Assembly (NCBI GenBank): GCA_965113315.1
Contig: OZ220375.1
Direction: 5' to 3' (one strand)
Origin: Podarcis vaucheri
Taxonomy: Eukaryota
DNA: 64,000 bases
The notes under the pieces are model-generated. The model ran no database searches. It was not told the origin of the DNA and worked only from the letters and a program-made list of their open reading frames with translations. Shown here in pieces: positions 48,831-61,604 of this stretch; within the stretch, counting starts at the first letter, position 1; each line of letters opens with the position of its first letter. The position numbers and the translations under genes are program-made.

Positions 48831-51289
48831 TCCCACCATGTACGCTTCTCCACTCTCCTCTCCTTCCTCCCATCCCTTTCGTAATGACCGGCATTGCCAC
48901 TGCATCCCTCTGCCATTATCACTCTCTCCTCTCTTTCTGTCACTCCCACTCCATCTCTTCCATCCTTACACACAGGCTTCCCTCCTTCTACCCCCCCATC
49001 TCTCTCTCTCTCTCCCTCCCCCTCCCTCCTGCCCTCTGCATCCCCTTCTCTTTTTCAGTTCCCTCCATAGCCCTCTGCCACCATCGTTTTTCGACCCCTG
49101 TGGACCATCACGGCAGTCCTTCACTGCAGGCTTCATGCCATCACCCCTGGCGCTCCATTATCCTCTCCAAGTGCCTGTCCATGCAGATCTGCCATCATTA
49201 TCTCCAAGTCCTAGGATACCCATACATCTCTGGCCACCCTCCCCTCTTTTCTGTCCTCCATTCATTCTCACCCTTCATTCATTTCTTCTCTGTCACAGCC
49301 TCGCATCCTCCCCCCCTTCCATTCTTCTGCTGACTTTGTCTTCCTCATCAACCCTCTTCCTCTTCTCCTTTCTTCCTTCTTCATGGTCTCCTCTCCTTCC
49401 CTGCTTCCATGTGTTGCCACATCTCCCATCTCTATTCTCTTATCGCTGTCCTTCTTTCCCTGGGAACTTCTGCCTTTCGCCCCTCCATCCTCTGCTTAGC
49501 CTAGGGTCACTTTACACACACTTTTCTTGCACGGAGACTTGCCTCCTTCTCCCTCATTGCACAGAAATCAGGCAGTGCCTAGTTTGCCCCTTTACCACAT
49601 TAAGTTTGGAAGCAGCTTTGCAATCTCCACACTCAAAGTGTAACGGTGGCAAAATAGATGCTCGCCTGAGCTTCACGTGTAGGAGAAATGCCACTTCATC
49701 TCATTCAGGGGCCTCTTCTGTCCCCTCTCCCCATCTCTTTCACCACGAGAACTACCCATCCAATCTTAGCACCCTGCTCACTTTTATATCGACTCATTCC
49801 ACCCCTCTACCACCCTTCCTTCCCCCTCTCTCTTCCTTCTCTCTCTTGCCTCCTGCCCTATCTTCCCAGACCCCCCCTTTTTGCTTCTCCTTCACTTAGT
49901 CCCCTTTCTTCAACGTCCCCTTTCTCTCGAACGGAGACTCAATCTACTGCTTCTGCACTGCCCTTCCACTGCCATTGACCGCTTCCCAATTCATCTCTCC
50001 CTCTCTTGGCCACCAGCCAGTTTTCCTTCTCCACCGACCCCCTCCTCCCTCCCTCCCTTCCTCCCTCCCTCCTTGTCATCTTCTCCAGTTCCCACTTTCC
50101 CCACTTCCGACTCCCAGCCCTCTCCCCATACTGCTGCACCTGCTGGGCTCCGACTCTAACCCCCCTTTACACTAACAAACCAATTCCTTTTTCTCTTCCA
50201 GGTAGCAACCTATCTGCCCCATGACTCCCCACTCTTGCCCCACTTGACTCTGGTTCTCTCTCAGCTCCTCCTCCTATCTTCGGCCAGATCCTGCCTCCTG
50301 CAGTGGACCCGGCTTCCCTTGCTGACTTCTCTACAGACCCTGATGATGATCTTCCTGAAGCTGAGGGGCTGGGTAGCCTCTATGCTCTCCTCCACCTTTA
50401 GGACCCCTTCAGTCTTCTCCTTGCCCCCACTTTCTCCCACATGACTTTTGACCCCAGTGCACCCCCACTTTTCTTGTGGGATCCCCCCTGAAATCTCCTC
50501 TCCCTCCTAGCTGTGGTTGCTCTCCTATACTCCCTTTGGTGGGTCACCCCAGTTCACCCTCTATCCTATGCTATCCCTTGAAATTTCAGTGCCCCACTGT
50601 TTGCCCTCCCCCCCCATGGCTACTTCCTCCTCCTTATGGCCTCTGCTTGCCTCTCTATAGGCCCCACTGACCTATCCATCCTCCCCTCCAGTTCTTCCTT
50701 CTCCCCTTTCCTGCACCTGGAGTTTTACACTGGGGGTTATGTCCAGTGCTAGCTGTACTCAGAGCAGACCTACTAGAATTTGTGGGCCCAAGTTAATCAT
50801 GCCTGTTGGTTCCAATGGTCTGCACTGAGAAGAACCAGCATTGGCTACAACCCTTGGCCACCTCCAAGGAACCTCCTTGGCCTGTATCTCACCCAGTCCC
50901 AACACCCACCTCTCCTATACTCTTGTGTCGCTGCAGAGGGGACTGTGTGTGTCTGTGTGGCTGTGCAATGTTTCTCGGTACAAAAGAGAGAACTGGCTTG
51001 GCTTTAGGCAGGTGAGGAGGCAAATGTCTCTCCTCCAGCACTGTTGCCGCGCCATCCAATTTCCTGGGCTGTGAGATGAAGAAGTAGGGAGAGTGGAGTG
51101 GAGTGGGAAGGAGAAACTAGTGAGAGAGAAAGAATGTGGGAGGGTTTGCATGAGTGCATAATAGAGACTTAAAATACATGTGGAGGAAAAAATAGATTCT
51201 CAAACAATTTCTCCTGACCTAATTTTGCCTGCATTTCCCTTGCCCTCTAAATTCATATTATTCTTTTTAGAAACAAACAAACACCCACC

Positions 51290-51329
<40 letters not shown>
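51290..51329. repeat. (ATT)n microsatellite
   Basis: Direct read. Confidence 0.95.
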
Positions 51330-51330
<1 letters not shown>

Positions 51331-52140
51331 CTAGACACATAATGCAGCCTGCCCAGGTGAAATGAAGACTGATCTCCATTTGGGCCAGGGTGGGACCCTG
51401 TGTGTGTATACCACCTTAGGTTTCATCATAGAATCGTAGAATTGTAGTTGGAAGGGACCATGAGGGTTATTTAGTCCAACTGCCTGCAGTGCAGGAATCT
51501 TCGGAAGAAGGGAAGGCAGGAAATCAATACAATAACTAAATACGGTTATGGATACTTTTGAATTTAGAGCTTTTTGAAAATTAATATGTAATGCATACTA
51601 AATTCAGCAAATGAACATGTTATTGCATTAAAAATGCATCTACAGAACCTTAATGTTTAGTTCTTTATAGCTATCCCTCAAACAAATAAATCAATGTTAG
51701 AATGGAAGTTTTGAAAAGTTGGATTCAGGGGCTTTTGTTTTAATTAAAAAGTTGGTGTTTGGGTTCTTTCTTGGTTGAAAAATGTTTAGATGGAGATGCA
51801 TGTGCAGAGAGTAATGGGTCTCTTTAGGTAGGATTACGCTGGTTAAGATAGGAAGTGACATACAGGGCAATGCATTTCTGCCTATCTTAAAATGGGTTTA
51901 TATGGTGGGTTTGTGTGTAAGGGAAATGGCCTGTGTCTGTTTGCAGTGATACATGCATGTGATGAGTTTGGGTGCAGAAATGAGTATGTGGGTTTAAATG
52001 TATGTATTGTGTGTAAGGGTGTAGTAAGTAACTATAGGTGCGAGCAGAATTTGTATATGAAGAAATCTGTAATTGAGGATAGAGCCATGTGTTGTGAGTG
52101 TGTGCAGGGATCTCTGTAGTTGGGATGACATGGTATGCAT

Positions 52141-52143
<3 letters not shown>

Positions 52144-52188
<45 letters not shown>
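52144..52188. repeat. (GT)n microsatellite
   Basis: Direct read. Confidence 0.95.
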
Positions 52189-52189
<1 letters not shown>

Positions 52190-54144
52190 CAGCATGAGTG
52201 TTCTGAAATGATTTTGTATTTTTTGTGTGGAGAACACTATTCTGTAAGCCCGGCAACGTGATTCTGTGCTCAGTTTACTCAGAAATAAACTGCACCCTGT
52301 TTTGTACCTCTTTCTCCCAGATGAATGCAAAGGACCACAGCCATAGCTGTGTTGATGGTGTGTCTACTTGGCTCTGGCTGTGCATTCTAAAAGGCACCTA
52401 AAAGACGGACAGTTGGTATCTCAGAGCTGGTTCCTTCATGCACAACTGATCACTTGGTGACTCCACCTCAAATGCAATATTTTTCAATGGAGCATTCACA
52501 CATTCAGCTGCCTGTCTCTCATCAAGTGGCGTGTGCATGTGTGAATCAGCCTTATATGAAAATAATGAATATGCAATCAAGTGTGTGTATGTGATCTTTT
52601 TTGTTGTTGTTCAAATTAAGGATGTGTGTGAATGCACAAGAGAGGACTGCGGTACCCACTATTCCCTTGTGTATGTTTCTTTGTGAGTGGAGGTGACTGT
52701 ACAGTGACACAGATTTGATTGTGCACTTAGGTATTTGTGCATGTGTAAATGAAGTGGTGTGTTTGAATATGAGGGCAGGCATGTTTACAGGCAGCATGGT
52801 GCGTTTAGAGGCAATGTTTTATGTGTGCTTCAGAAGATGTTACTGGTAACTTAAGAGTAAAAGTGTGACAATTTTGTATCTGTTTACATTTTGTTCAAGT
52901 GTAGACCTCTACATGTGAGAGCAACCTTACAGAAAGCAAAATGCCTGCATATGGCCATATTCTGGAGTAAGTCACACCTGCATGATCGGATTCTGGAATA
53001 AGACTTATTTGCATGATAGGATGACTGGCAGAGCTAAAAATCAGCGAAGCATGTCTAGTCTCAAAACCACTTATTGAGTGCTGTGCATGTGTTTGAAGTA
53101 TTGCCACCCAGCTTTGAACATGTTTACACATTTAGCTTAGAATTATTCACCCCCCAGATTTCAAATTTATAAATCAGAATGTACAAATGCAGAGGGTGGG
53201 ATAGGAAGGGGCTAAGGCAGCAGCCAGGACATTCAGAGGTCTAGGTCAGATGCACAGCATCATACGCAGCCACTCAAAGTGCCTTCATCTGCAGATAATT
53301 AACAGCAGGCCTGCTATACAGGTCTACTAAACAATAAGCTCCATTGGTTTAAGTGGGGGATTATTCCCCAGAATGTGAACAGAGAACTGCAGTCTGGTTT
53401 TATTATTAAAGACTGTAACCCTATCCATACTTCCTTCAGCATAAGTTCCAGCTGAACTCACAAGTGCGCCTGGAGTGCTGGCTTGTGTGAATGTGGGTGA
53501 GCTATTATGCAAGTGTGAGCACTTGTGTATGACAATGATCAATGTGTGAGAGTGTATAAGGGCGGGGGGGGCATGCACAGTGTCTGCTTTTTCTGGTTGT
53601 CTCTGTTATGATCTCTCTGTATGTACATAGGGCTAAGTGAGATGATGTTCTCTGTGAGCTTTACTTCAGTGTTGTGTGTCAGTGTGTCAGTGTGTTTGTG
53701 TTTGTTTTCTCATGGGAGTTATGTTTCTCTCTTCCTAAACCCCTCCCCCTCCAGTTCACTGGCGCACCACACCAACACAGACATCACACAACAGAAAAGC
53801 CCAAGGGACACCACAGACACTTACAGTCACCACACAAAGACGCAACGGCACACAAATCCTCACCTGTTTCTCCTGTATCCATGGACACAGATGCGCTCAG
53901 ACCCTTAGAACAAGCACATCCTAATAACTGGTACTTGTCGGCATACTTTAGGCGCGCTAATTTCTTTCATGCACCAGTTGAAATCGTACAAGCTCACATA
54001 CCACACAAGCCGCACACCGCCTGAGTCATAATCTATCAGTCCCAGACATATATACACATGCACACACAAACTGCCCATACACTCAAACCATTCTTTCACA
54101 CACCTTAGTGGACACCTTCATATGTCCACCAGACATGCAGACTG

Positions 54145-54188
54145 TCCTTCCTTCCTTCCTTCCTTCCTTCCTTCCTTCCTTCCTTCCT
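54145..54188. repeat. (CCTT)n microsatellite
   Basis: Direct read. Confidence 0.95.
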
Positions 54189-54640
54189 CATATACACTTA
54201 AAGCTATCCTTCACTCATTCACACACTGCAGTGGGCAGCACACAAATATCCACAAACTGACAGTCATCTTTCTCTCTTACACACACACATACACCCAGAC
54301 AGACAAATAGCCAACAGAAGCAAGTCTGTCTGTCTGTCTCTTTCTCTCTCTCTCAGCTAGGCTGGCACTAATGAGCAAAATACAAGCACACCAATGTTAA
54401 CATGCAGCCGGTCACCTCACAGGTGCTGAAACTCCCCCCCCTCCTTCTGTCCTATGATCTCAGTGTTAGGTAAAAGGGGACACTCAAAGATCCCCCCTCA
54501 CCTCCTCCCCCCACTGCCGCCCCAGGGGAAAACAAAACACCACACAAACACACACTATAGATGTACACACACATACACAAACAAACAAACAAACAAACAA
54601 ACAAACACACACAATGTAGCCACTGAAGGCCCATACTTAC

Positions 54641-55040
54641 CTGCCAAACCAACCCCTTGTGGCTTAATAATATTTTTGAGAGAGATGAAGGAGCAGAGAT
54701 GGAGGGGGGAATCTTCACCCCCAACCTCCCCCCAACCAAAATTCTTTTAAAAAAATAAAAATCAACCAGTGAGGCGAAGACAGAGGCTATAAGAAGCTCC
54801 CCCAGCACCTTGAGGGGACTGAGAAAACCCCTTGAAGCAGAGAGCAGAGGGAGAATGGAGAGGATGATGGGGAGCTTTTTGCTTTTTTTGGTGGGGGGGG
54901 GAAGGAAGATGCAGGATGTCGACGAATAGGAGTCAGTCTGTCCGTCTGTCCCCCCCACACACCTTGTGCGTCTCTGCCTCCCGCCCCCCACCCCTGGTCT
55001 CCGGATGCAGGCTGCGCCTTCTGGTACTGCGGACCCCGTG
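54641..55040 (-). other. KCNC3: Probable non-coding first exon of KCNC3 (5' end uncertain)
   Basis: Perfect donor CAG|gtaagt at 54640. About 400 nt with no ATG on the minus strand, and CpG-containing sequence upstream. Matching strong acceptor at 48537 (ctcac branch point, long CT tract, cgcag|ACC). Confidence 0.6.
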
Positions 55041-55500
55041 ATGACATCACTGCCTCTTAAGGTGGAATTTTGGGGCATCTCATGGAACAGTTGCTCTTCT
55101 TTCCTTTTTTTTTGGGGGGGGGGAGTAATATACGCAAAGAAAGGTAGTCCAGGATTAGAGCAGCCACAGCTCCATTGTTTGCTAAGAGACAGCTTCCCAT
55201 CCACCTCTGTGCGCGGCATTGGAGGTAAACAAGTGGCGACGGAGCAGCGGGGTCGTGCGTTTGGGGCCATATGCGTGTTTCTCTAACACACATAAACAAA
55301 GCGAGCCACCCCGGACTCTGTGGAGACCCAGGGAGCAGAGAGGGGTGTTTTTAAAGATGCGCCACCCCTCACTTGAAAACTCAGTATGAAATTCCAAGGC
55401 TGGGGGGGGGGGAGGACAGGTAAAGATAAATACAGCCACCTTAAAGAAAAGTGGGGCTGAGAGGCTGAGGTGAGTTTGGGAGGGGTATTCCTGAGTCAGC
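55000..55500 (-). promoter_or_regulatory. Putative distal KCNC3 promoter
   Basis: CpG-enriched relative to flanks. Near-palindrome GTGATGACATCAC (CRE/ATF-like TGACATCA) at about 55038-55050, forkhead GTAAACA at about 55225, AP-1 TGAGTCA at 55492-55498. Confidence 0.45.
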
Positions 55501-55699
55501 TGAAGGGGATGTGATGGGATTTAGCTGCAGTGGGGAAGAGTTGAATTTAGCCTGGAATGTGCGAAATCTCAAGTGTGTGGGAGGCACGAAATAAGTCTAT
55601 ATTTAGAGGACATGGCACCCCCTGAGCTGTGGCTGGGGAAGGTGGAGCCTCCAAAGAGGAACCACCCTTGTGTCTTAGATCTCAGGGTGAAATGTTGTT

Positions 55700-56002
55700 T
55701 CACTTGTTTATTAAGTTTATACCCCTCCTCTCCTCTAAGGAGCTTGAGGTGATGCTTAGCGGCCTCCTCCCAATTTTGCTCTCACTCACAACAACCTTGC
55801 ATGGTAGCTTAAGCTGAGAGAGTGAGTGTCACTGGCCCAAGGCCACCCAGCAAGCTTCCAGGCTGTCTCTTCACTCACTGTCTCTTGGCCTGACCTGCCT
55901 CACAGGCTTGTTGTGAGGATAAAATGGAGGGAGAGCGGAGAACCAAGTGCCCCACCGTGAGCTCCTTGGAGGAAAAGGTGATATACAAATGTAATAAATA
56001 AA
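55700..56002. mobile_element. Two MIR-like (CORE-SINE) fragments in opposite orientation; other copies at about 14485-14650, 34687-34880, 35000-35200, 57545-57750
   Basis: cacaacaacc...gctgagaga...gactggcccaagg.cacccag motif and its reverse complement (cctcacaggcttgttgtgaggataaaatg), with A-rich tails. Confidence 0.65.
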
Positions 56003-59000
56003 TATGTGGCAGAGTCAGGAGTTGAACCTGGGCCTCTGCCGTCCTTGTCCAACACTCTAGCCAAGATGGCGCACCTTCTCCTGCACGCCAGGTGCATAAT
56101 TCGATAGGGTGGCTTTGCCTTATTAGTGAACCGCAAGGGTATGTGCAGTCTAAACTGGCTTGCCGTTTGTGATCTGCTGTCATCCCCATCCCACAACAAT
56201 AATCCAGGCACTTTTGTGAGGATAAAAATGAGATAAAGATGACTGCAATCTGCCCCAAGCCTCTGAGACAGATGGGTGGTAATCTGTGGGTCTTTAAAGA
56301 GCCATAGATATCTGGCCACTAGTCATGTTCTGTGACCACAGCTACAGACTACAGGAAATGGCTGCAGCTCTCTGGCAGAGAACATGCCCTGCATTCAGAA
56401 GGTCTCAATTCTAATTCCTGGCATCTTCAGTAAGGGCAGGAAAAAAGTATTCTGCGTGGAACCCTGGAGAGGTTCTGCCAATCTGTGTAGTTAGCACTGA
56501 ACTGGATGGACCAATGGTCTTGTTTCAGCATATGGCAATTCCCTGTGTTCCTACTGCTATTGAAATAACAACAGCTCCGCCTCTGTTGCTGAGCATGCAG
56601 AAGAGACAGTAATGGGAATCTTACCCAGTGTGTCAGGGGTTGTAGACCTGGGAGCTGTAGAGTTTACCAGCACTGTACAGGGAAATGGTGCTACATGGTG
56701 CTGAAGTTGGTTCCTGATTTCACACAGCATCCTGAATAAAGAATTATTAATATATATGCCCCTGCACTCTAAAATAGTGTTTGGAGGTGGTGAAAGCCAG
56801 TGTAGACTTGAGGCAGAGATACTGTACATAGGTTCTAATTGCTTCTCCGTCATGAGGAAGCCATTGGCTGAGGTTGGGCCAGTCAGCATCTCTTAGCCTC
56901 AGGGTGGGGAGCCTTTTCCACATTGAGTTCCTTTCTGAGCAACCTCCCAAGGGCCACATGCCAGCCATGGCGGGGCAAGAGGCAAAACTGGGCAGAGCAA
57001 GGGTCTGCCTTTGTACAGCAGGCTAGTTTATTCACACACTCAGACACACCTTTATCTATACTTCATGCAGGCAATCCTCCTGCTATTAGGGCTTCTAAGC
57101 CAGAGGTCAGCACCATGCCTTGTGGTCGCAAACTCCCGTAAAAATTTGCAATATCTATGATACTGGTTTAAATTAGTTTTAAGTAGCAATTCCCTCTCTG
57201 CCAGGAATCATGGGAAATGTAGTTCTGTGGTGTTGGTGGTGCAGAGCAGGGATCTCTAATGGAAAATTCTTGGCACACTCACCAAGCCACAGTTCCCATG
57301 CTTTTTGGGGGGAGGAAGCTGTGGCATAAAACCAAAATAAAAGATAATGTAGTATAGTTATACCCCTTACTGGGGTATTCAGAGATCTAAATATTTTGTT
57401 TTGGGACCACAGGAGCCAGCTGTGAGTATAGTGGAAGGAACTGCTCCACTATTTAGAATGTGCTCCAATATCCACCTCCTGTCCTCATTATTAAAACTAA
57501 CCCCACTCTGTTAAGCTTCCCCTTCTTTAGAAATCAGAAAACATTTTATTTTATCACTGCATTTATAGCCCACCTTTTTTGCAAGGAGCTCAAGGTGGCG
57601 CAAACACTTTCCTCACTCTCCCTTTTATTCTCACAACAACCCTCTCTAGAAGGTTAGGCAGAAAGACAATGACTGGCCCAATATCACTCAGTGGACTTCA
57701 TGGCTGAGCAGGGATATAAACCCTGGTCTCCCAGCTCCTAGTCCAGCACTCTGGCTTTTGGCTGTCAGCTATACAACACCTGCACCCTTTAAATTCACAT
57801 TCTTTGCTTGAACTTTCAGAGTATATTTTGCTCCCCAATCCCCTTTTGCCACTCCCATCACCCTTCCCCCCCACCAAAAACCAAAAACAAAATTGTGTGA
57901 TACCAAGGACAGTCCCTGCCCCCATCACTGATGTCAGTCTTCCTGCTCACAAGCTTGGCATGCTGTGCAGTTATTATTTAGCCAATTTCCAAAACAAGTG
58001 TCAATTATTCTAATTAAACTTGGGAGCCCCTGCGTCTGGTGCACAGAGTGAATTGTCGGTAGCGCTGGGGAGAGCTGTCTTGTACGGCTGTCAGGCACTG
58101 CAGGGACCCACCTGGTATTACAAGACAGCAGCGAAGAGATGCTTTCCGGTGATCAAACAGGGTCTCGCAGAACAAACGAGGCTGTTTAACATGCTGGTAT
58201 GCGTGTGCGTCCAACTGACAGGGTTTTAAAAATCTCTCTCTTTACCTCATCATCTCTCGCTGTGCCTTAGGGGGCTTTTCAGCTGCTTTTCTTTGCGCAA
58301 GGAATAACAGGCAGCCACTGCCACTTTGCAAAAGGCGACCCAGATGATGTTTCTTCCTGCAACTGCCACGTGATCAAGGGGCTGGCCCTAAATATTGTAC
58401 TGTTGTCCTCCTGAATGGCTGCACCCCTTCATCGGTGTCCCGGAAAACAGTTACCTCCCTCCCCTCCACCAAGCTACTGTGAAGGTTGTGCAGTTTGGCT
58501 GGTCCTGAGCACATCAATTCACCCTTGTAAGAGCATATGTCTGAGTATAGTATAGCATCATGTAGAATAGACACAGACACACACAGTTGCCAGCCAGAAC
58601 CTTTCAGTAATCCAAGGCAAAACAGGACTTCTTAAACAAAGGGTGTTTATTTGCGGGGCTGGGAAACAGAACAAGAACACAACTAGAAACATTAGGAAAC
58701 AAACACAAAAGCTTAGTAGGCTAACTTAGCTAGAAGAACTCTGACTTTGCTTGGGACGTGAGATGCTATGTCAGGGCAAGAGTCTTAAAAGTTGCAAGAA
58801 TTCTTAAGAACGTTATCAGTTCCCCTTGGGAAGTGCACATTGACGTAATGGAGAAACAAACCACCCTACTTGTCCTTCTGTAATGTCCAGAAGTACTTGC
58901 CACCAACTCCACATGGATCATCCTCTCCATCATGCTATGAGCCACTTACGGGCCTGGTCCACGCATTCCCAGCAGCTGTGGAAGTGAGGCATCAGAACTT

Positions 59001-59474
59001 TATAATGGAACGGCTGAGATTCAGGGGGCAAATACTGATGGATGTTGCAGCCAGGATAGGGTGGCATGCCACAGCAAGTGGGGGCCTGGGAGGAGTGCTG
59101 CAGTACTCAGTGAGAGAGTGAAAGCCTCTCTCCCTCCCCTCATCAGTCCCTAGTGCTGTTCCTGGCAAAACAAATCCAAGCACCTTCCCATGTTAGGTGA
59201 GCTTTGATCCTAAGCACAAGCATTTCATATTCATTTCAAAATGCACAAGGGCTTATGAACCAATCTCATGAAGGAGAAAGGAAGGCATTACCCACAAGAG
59301 CAGCCTTCCCCAAGGTGATGCCATCCAGATGTTTTGGGCTACATCTCCCATCAGCCACTGCCAGCATTATTAACACTTTCTGGCCTGTAAGTCTCTGTAG
59401 CGGCATTTCAAGCTTCTGAAATGATGGTGGCTTCTAAAATCATTTTTATATTGGTGTGTTATTTCCTTCCAGAC

Positions 59475-59480
59475 TTTATT
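59475..59480 (-). terminator. Candidate polyadenylation signal of the napsin-like gene
   Basis: First AATAAA I found on the minus strand after the stop codon, about 900 nt downstream, in an AT-rich patch. Confidence 0.45.
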
Positions 59481-60380
59481 CTTTTATGAATAAATATTAC
59501 AGTTGCAGCATTGCAATATTTGCACTACTTATATTACAATATTTCAGGAGCAAGTAGACTAATACTGAATCCTTATTGGTCACCACTAAATCGGTGCTAA
59601 AGAAAGCAAAGCAATTTTGTGTGTGCATGCACATGCGCCAGTACAGTTCCCAAGGGTAGCATTGCTAATTGCACAAAATTAGATTTTCTGTGAATACGCA
59701 TGTAGGATACGTGTTTGCACATGCATGCATACAGACGCACTCGCAGATCTGGTAACACAGTCCTGATAACTGAGATCTCTTTTTCGCTAGGCATGCCAGA
59801 GACTGAATCTGGGACCTTCTGAGCACAAAGCACAAAGCCTGTGCTATGGGCTCAGAATGTTACATCACCTTAAATATCCAAGGGTGACTCATCAAGCCGT
59901 GAGCTATCAAGTCACATGAAGAAAGCATTATCCCCCACCAGCTTGTTGATCCCATTGTCTGTGGCTGCTCTGCATTTGCTGTAGCAAACAGGACTCTAAA
60001 AGCTGCAATCCCAGCCATACTTCCTTGGAAGAAAGTCCCTCTGACCTCACCGGAATTACTTCTGAGTAGACATGCATAGGATCAGCAAGCTGGGGAGGAG
60101 GATGGAAGAGGAGAACTCGGTGGGAGAAGCCCTGCACACTTGATATACACAGCAATGTATTTGAAGTTCCAAGGGGACTTTCCAAGGTGCATCATCTTTT
60201 CCTCTGCCACTGTGAGGATTAGAAACTTGTAATTTTTTTTTTAAAGGAGCTGTTCTGAGAAATAGGGTGACTGCAAATCCCATGCTGTGGAACCCCACCC
60301 CTGCTGCTATGCAAATACACCCCCCCCCCACTTCTCAACCCTGCTGCGTTCCTGAGTTCAGCACTTGGAACACTGGACAG

Positions 60381-60635
60381 CTAACATCCGGAGGTCGTGG
60401 TGGCTGCAGTTGGAGTTGTGGCCTGTGGAGCCGGTGTAGCTGCTACTGCAGCTGTAGTTGCACCGCATATGGTTTGTTTGGAGACAGCTAAGCCAACTTG
60501 GTCATTATCTCGGTCAAAGACTGAGTAAAAGCGCCGGAGGAAAACGTCACCCAGGATCCAGAGTGGTCCGGTGGGCTTAGGAATGTCAAGACTCATGAAG
60601 CCGCTGAGGCAGACAGTCACTCCTCCTTGGGTTAT
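60381..60635 (-). CDS. NAPSA: Napsin-A/cathepsin-D-like protease, last coding exon
   Basis: Acceptor cttcacag|ATA. Reads [50 protein letters not shown] plus an extension, stop TAG. WILGDVF is the A1 protease motif. Confidence 0.9.
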   Translation of the reverse strand: MTQGGVTVCLSGFMSLDIPKPTGPLWILGDVFLRRFYSVFDRDNDQVGLAVSKQTICGATTAAVAATPAPQATTPTAATTTSGC

Positions 60636-61505
60636 CTGTGAAGATGGGAGGGAAATAGCACAGCTCAATGGGAGGCCGTCGGGGGAGGCTTACAGGCTTC
60701 TAGAGACTTTAGGCAATGCCACTATAGCCCTTTTCGCTGAGTAATTGTCAGTTTGAATATTTCCCCCATTTTTCCATCTTAAATTCAATTCCCCACACCT
60801 CTGCATTATTTAAAGAAAGATCCTCATGAAAATTCATTAGTATTTAGTGGAAATTTCTCCCTATATTCATAGAATCGTAGAATAGTAGAGTTGGAAGGGA
60901 CCCTGAGGATCATCTAGTTCAATGCCCTGCAATGTGCAGCTATTCTCATTTTTGCATGGAAAATTCCCCAACACACACATTTCTGCAAGCAATTTAGCTT
61001 ATTGTAACACATTTTTTTGAATTTTATTTTCATGAACATGTGCATTTTTATGCTCACTTTCCCCACATGTGGACATTTCTGTATGTAGTATTTGGATGGA
61101 GAATTGCGGATTTCGAAAGGCAGCTGTGTTTGGTCTACATATTGTTTCAAGAAGTGCAAAATAGGGAGTTGTGTATTAAAATGCTAACCAAATTCCTCCC
61201 CCACCTATACTCCTGAACAAGGTGTGGGCTCACTCTCACTCAGGAGTTCTGAGGAACATAGGAAGCTGCCTTATACTGAGCCTGACCCATGGGTTCACTT
61301 GGCCAGTATTGTCCAGTCGGACTGACTGTCACTGCCTAGGGTCTAAGGCCCCATCTGCATTATACACTTAATGCACCATCATAACACTTTACAGTCATAG
61401 AATCATAGAATTGTAAAGTTTGATTGGATCCTAAGGATCATCTTAACCAACCCTCTGCTAAAGCCACCACCATTTCCTTAAAGGTCTTGTGTTGGTCTCT
61501 CTTAC

Positions 61506-61604
61506 CTGGAGAACGTAGTCCTTTGGTGTCAGAGCGAAGGGCTTTCCACCAAGATGAAAAGTCACGTTTGGTAGCTCAGGAAGTTTACTGCAATCCATTG
61601 CATA
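61506..61604 (-). CDS. NAPSA: Napsin-A/cathepsin-D-like protease, exon 8 equivalent (99 nt)
   Basis: Acceptor caccacag|TAT. Reads YAMDCSKLPELPNVTFHLGGKPFALTPKDYVLQ, then donor CAG|gtaaga. The 99-nt phase 0-0 structure is typical of this exon in cathepsin D/napsin genes. Confidence 0.88.

Noticed and set aside
47609-48884. Long plus-strand ORFs (197 aa, 277 aa) overlapping KCNC3 exon 1
   Set aside because: Antisense shadows of GC-rich coding and CpG-island sequence with no recognisable protein features.
48776-49899. 353-aa and 185-aa plus-strand ORFs
   Set aside because: Low-complexity Pro/Ser/Leu translations of a pyrimidine-rich strand that lacks stops for compositional reasons.
54452-55270. 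272-aa minus-strand ORF over the putative promoter and first exon
   Set aside because: Non-ATG start, low-complexity composition, and it runs across the splice donor into microsatellite sequence.
56690-56706. RE1-like ATGGTGCTGAA half-site
   Set aside because: The second half-site is poorly matched, so it is not a credible full RE1.
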